Source: Candidatus Zixiibacteriota bacterium (GTDB lineage: Bacteria; Zixibacteria; MSB-5A5; CAIYYT01). From it: a stretch of 25,848 nt of DNA. A model generated the notes under the pieces. The model searched no databases, was not told the origin of the DNA, and saw only the letters and a program-made list of their open reading frames with translations. A program made the position numbers and the translations under genes. Within the stretch, counting starts at the first letter, position 1, and every line of letters starts with the position of its first letter. Shown piece by piece: positions 25,797 through 25,848 of this stretch. Location: assembly GCA_040235515.1 (NCBI GenBank), contig JBECKX010000089.1, positions 1 through 25,848 of the forward strand. Reading direction: 5' to 3'.

Positions 25797-25825
25797 AAAC
25801 TACTCATTTCATGTGTTATTGTCAA
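25797..25825 (-). promoter_or_regulatory. sigma70 promoter (minus strand)
   Basis: TTGACA (25825-25820)-N17-TAGTTT (25802-25797). Confidence 0.7.
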
Positions 25826-25848
25826 GTGCATTCATAGCATGAAAGGAC

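Overview
Bacterial chromosomal window; a C-terminal duplicated dockerin-like domain suggests, by inference, candidate phylum Zixibacteria. Left to right: (1) the 3' end of an ECF sigma factor missed by the ORF track, a putative anti-sigma, a TPR-CHAT caspase-like protease and a secreted S8 subtilase, closed by a terminator; (2) a ~470-nt hairpin-dense non-coding region that starts with a second copy of the motif AGGTAT-N18-CTCT found right after the sigma gene; (3) tamA/tamB-type genes; (4) COG3014-like and LpoB-like lipoproteins on the minus strand; (5) a secreted agmatine/peptidyl-arginine deiminase with dockerin; (6) an OmpR-family two-component system divergent from a PDZ / NEW3 / ABC-2 operon, with four 10-bp direct repeats between them; (7) a DUF481-like beta-barrel gene interrupted by an in-frame TGA; (8) a candidate minus-strand sRNA with its own sigma70 promoter and terminator, overlapped by an opposing promoter. 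The best candidate for a new system is the ECF / anti-sigma / TPR-CHAT / S8 module plus a large structured RNA or tamAB leader apparently transcribed from the same promoter motif. All calls come from manual reading; no searches were run.
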